From Octopus bimaculoides (taxonomy: Eukaryota): 64,000 nt of DNA. Position numbers and translations under genes: made by a program. This document shows, in pieces, positions 62,131 to 64,000 of the stretch. The stretch covers positions 128,133,696 through 128,197,695 of the forward strand of contig NC_068982.1 of NCBI RefSeq assembly GCF_001194135.2. Direction: 5' to 3'. Below the pieces are notes generated by a model. That model was not told the origin of the DNA and made no database searches. It saw only the letters and a list, made by a program, of their open reading frames with translations. Position 1 is the stretch's first letter. Every line of letters begins with the position of its first letter.

Positions 62131-64000
62131 TGCTTTATTGGGGATAGCAAAGATTTAGAGACTGGTCCCTGGATGTTAATTATTGTAGACGACGCCTGTG
62201 AGACAATTGACAACAAGCTGTTATCTGCTCTTACAGAATTAAGAGCAAGTGAAATTGAGAGCTCTGAAAAGTGAAATGAAAATAATAAAGAATATAAAGA
62301 AGATATACTCTGTTGGTTTCAGCCAAGTGCAGGGTGGTCATGCAAGGATAGGGAGACACAAAGCTTGTGATTTGATCCCAATAACTTACTGATACTTATC
62401 TTAGTGATAAATGAAAGGTGAAAACAAACCATCAGCAGGATTTAAATGCAGAAACATGAATGGACAAACCAGATAAAGTATCTAATCTATTTTACAACTC
62501 ACTACACAAGTCCATTATTCAATTGATGGAAAATGAAATAAAAAGCAGACTCAAAATAAATGAATCCTATACAAGGAGGGATATCAAAAGAAGGCTTGAC
62601 TAAATTGTACTCTCAGTTTATGTCATTTTCTACAATTATTCATATAAATTAAGTATTGCTTGTATCAGTTCCATGCATATATATAATCACCTTGTTTCTT
62701 TTTATTCTCAAGTTAGACCAAGTTTATCAATATCATGATCATCATCTTAAAGCCCACTTTTCCATGCATGCATGGGTCAGACAGAGTTTACTGAGGTAGA
62801 TTTTTCTATAACTAGATACCTTTCCTGTTGTCAACCTTCACCTCTTTCTAAGCAGAATACTGGAAATGAATGATGCTGCTTGTATGACAGTGACACTCAT
62901 CTAAACTATCAGGTGATGTCAGCACACACACACACACACATACAGAATGAGCTTGTTTCAGTTGCCAACCCCCATAATCCACTCACAAGGCTTTGGTTGG
63001 CCTTGGGCTATAGAATACACCTGCCCAAAGTGCCATGCAGTGTGACTGAACTCAAAACCATGTGGTTGGAAAGTCAACTTCTTAACCACACAGCCCTGCC
63101 TGCAGCTTACTCAAACCAAATATCATCAACCTATTCTTTGTAGTTCATGTGGTAATGGTGGAGCTCAATCCTTACAATCAAACCAATGGAAACATAGTTA
63201 CTAATTAGTTTTCCATATTTACTGACACCATATGTCAGTCACATCTCTCAACAGAAGTGTCACTGTTTATTAGTGATAGACTGAATTTGAATTCAGACAG
63301 CACAAAGTCAGAACACATCACAACATGGCATCCTGGCCAATATTCTAACAGTTCTGCCCATCCCACATTCTAGATTGATATTTTCTTTTATTAAGCCACT
63401 AAAAGGATGACAAGCAAAATTGTCCTCAGCAGGATTTGAACACAGAGTGTAAAGAGTCAAAACAAACACCCCATGGTATTCTGTCCAGAACTCTAACAGA
63501 TCCGTCGAGTCAGCATTAATTGCAACAAATCCAATCATTAATTGCTGATATTTATTCATCCAATTAGTAATAATGTGACTTGTTCTCATTATATCTTGAG
63601 TAGCTTCATAACACGTGCAGATAACTCATCATCTGCACACTTTACAAGCATTTAAAACTGTTCAAGTAATATAGACTATGATCAGTCAGTTAGAAAATTA
63701 ATGCTAAGAGTAATGATACATGAAATCCATAGTAAAATAGATATTTATATCGCCACACAAAAAGGAAATTGTTTCAAATTGTAGAAGTGAAAAATAGAGG
63801 TAACAAAAGGGATCTGAAATGTTTACAAGGGAGTAATAATTAGTGTCACTCACAAGTGAATGTGATGTGGTAGGGTAGCATCTACCATGTGTTCATCAGT
63901 TGATTTAGGTACCCAAAAAGTTGCAAATTGACACAGATACACTGTTGTTGTCTCCCTTACCAACCCAGCAGAACATCCAGGATGTGACAACTGGATGGAG

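Noticed and set aside
63961-64000. Minus-strand exon end with a GTAAGG donor
   Set aside because: The same sequence recurs in opposite orientation at about 56920-56965, so it is probably a dispersed repeat.

Overview
Eukaryotic, AT-rich, repeat-dense genomic DNA. The SINE, RTE-LINE and microsatellite content points to a coleoid cephalopod, most likely Octopus (inference). The main gene is the 3' part of an ANKIB1 orthologue (Ariadne-type RBR E3 ubiquitin ligase) on the + strand. Eleven GT-AG exons from 22802 to 45011 splice in consistent phase into about 761 codons: RING2 with intact GCNH catalytic motif, Ariadne domain, basic NLS-like cluster, two UIM-like motifs around a Cys/His cluster, and a long acidic low-complexity tail. 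I found no upstream ANKIB1 exon in the first 22.8 kb. A possible convergent terminal exon lies on the - strand near 53.4-53.8 kb. The rest is mobile DNA: three different Tc1/mariner relics with TIRs and TA duplications, a Gypsy gag remnant, RTE and CR1-like LINE fragments, several tRNA-derived SINE families (including two head-to-tail trains and a nested insertion with a perfect TSD), TTAA and hAT-like MITEs, microsatellites and three assembly gaps. There is no prokaryotic-type system (no CRISPR, no operon). The most interesting signals are the double-UIM/Cys-His C-terminus of ANKIB1, a stop-free in-frame poly-Tyr intron, an inverted internal segment in a dispersed repeat, two local templated duplications and the SINE trains.
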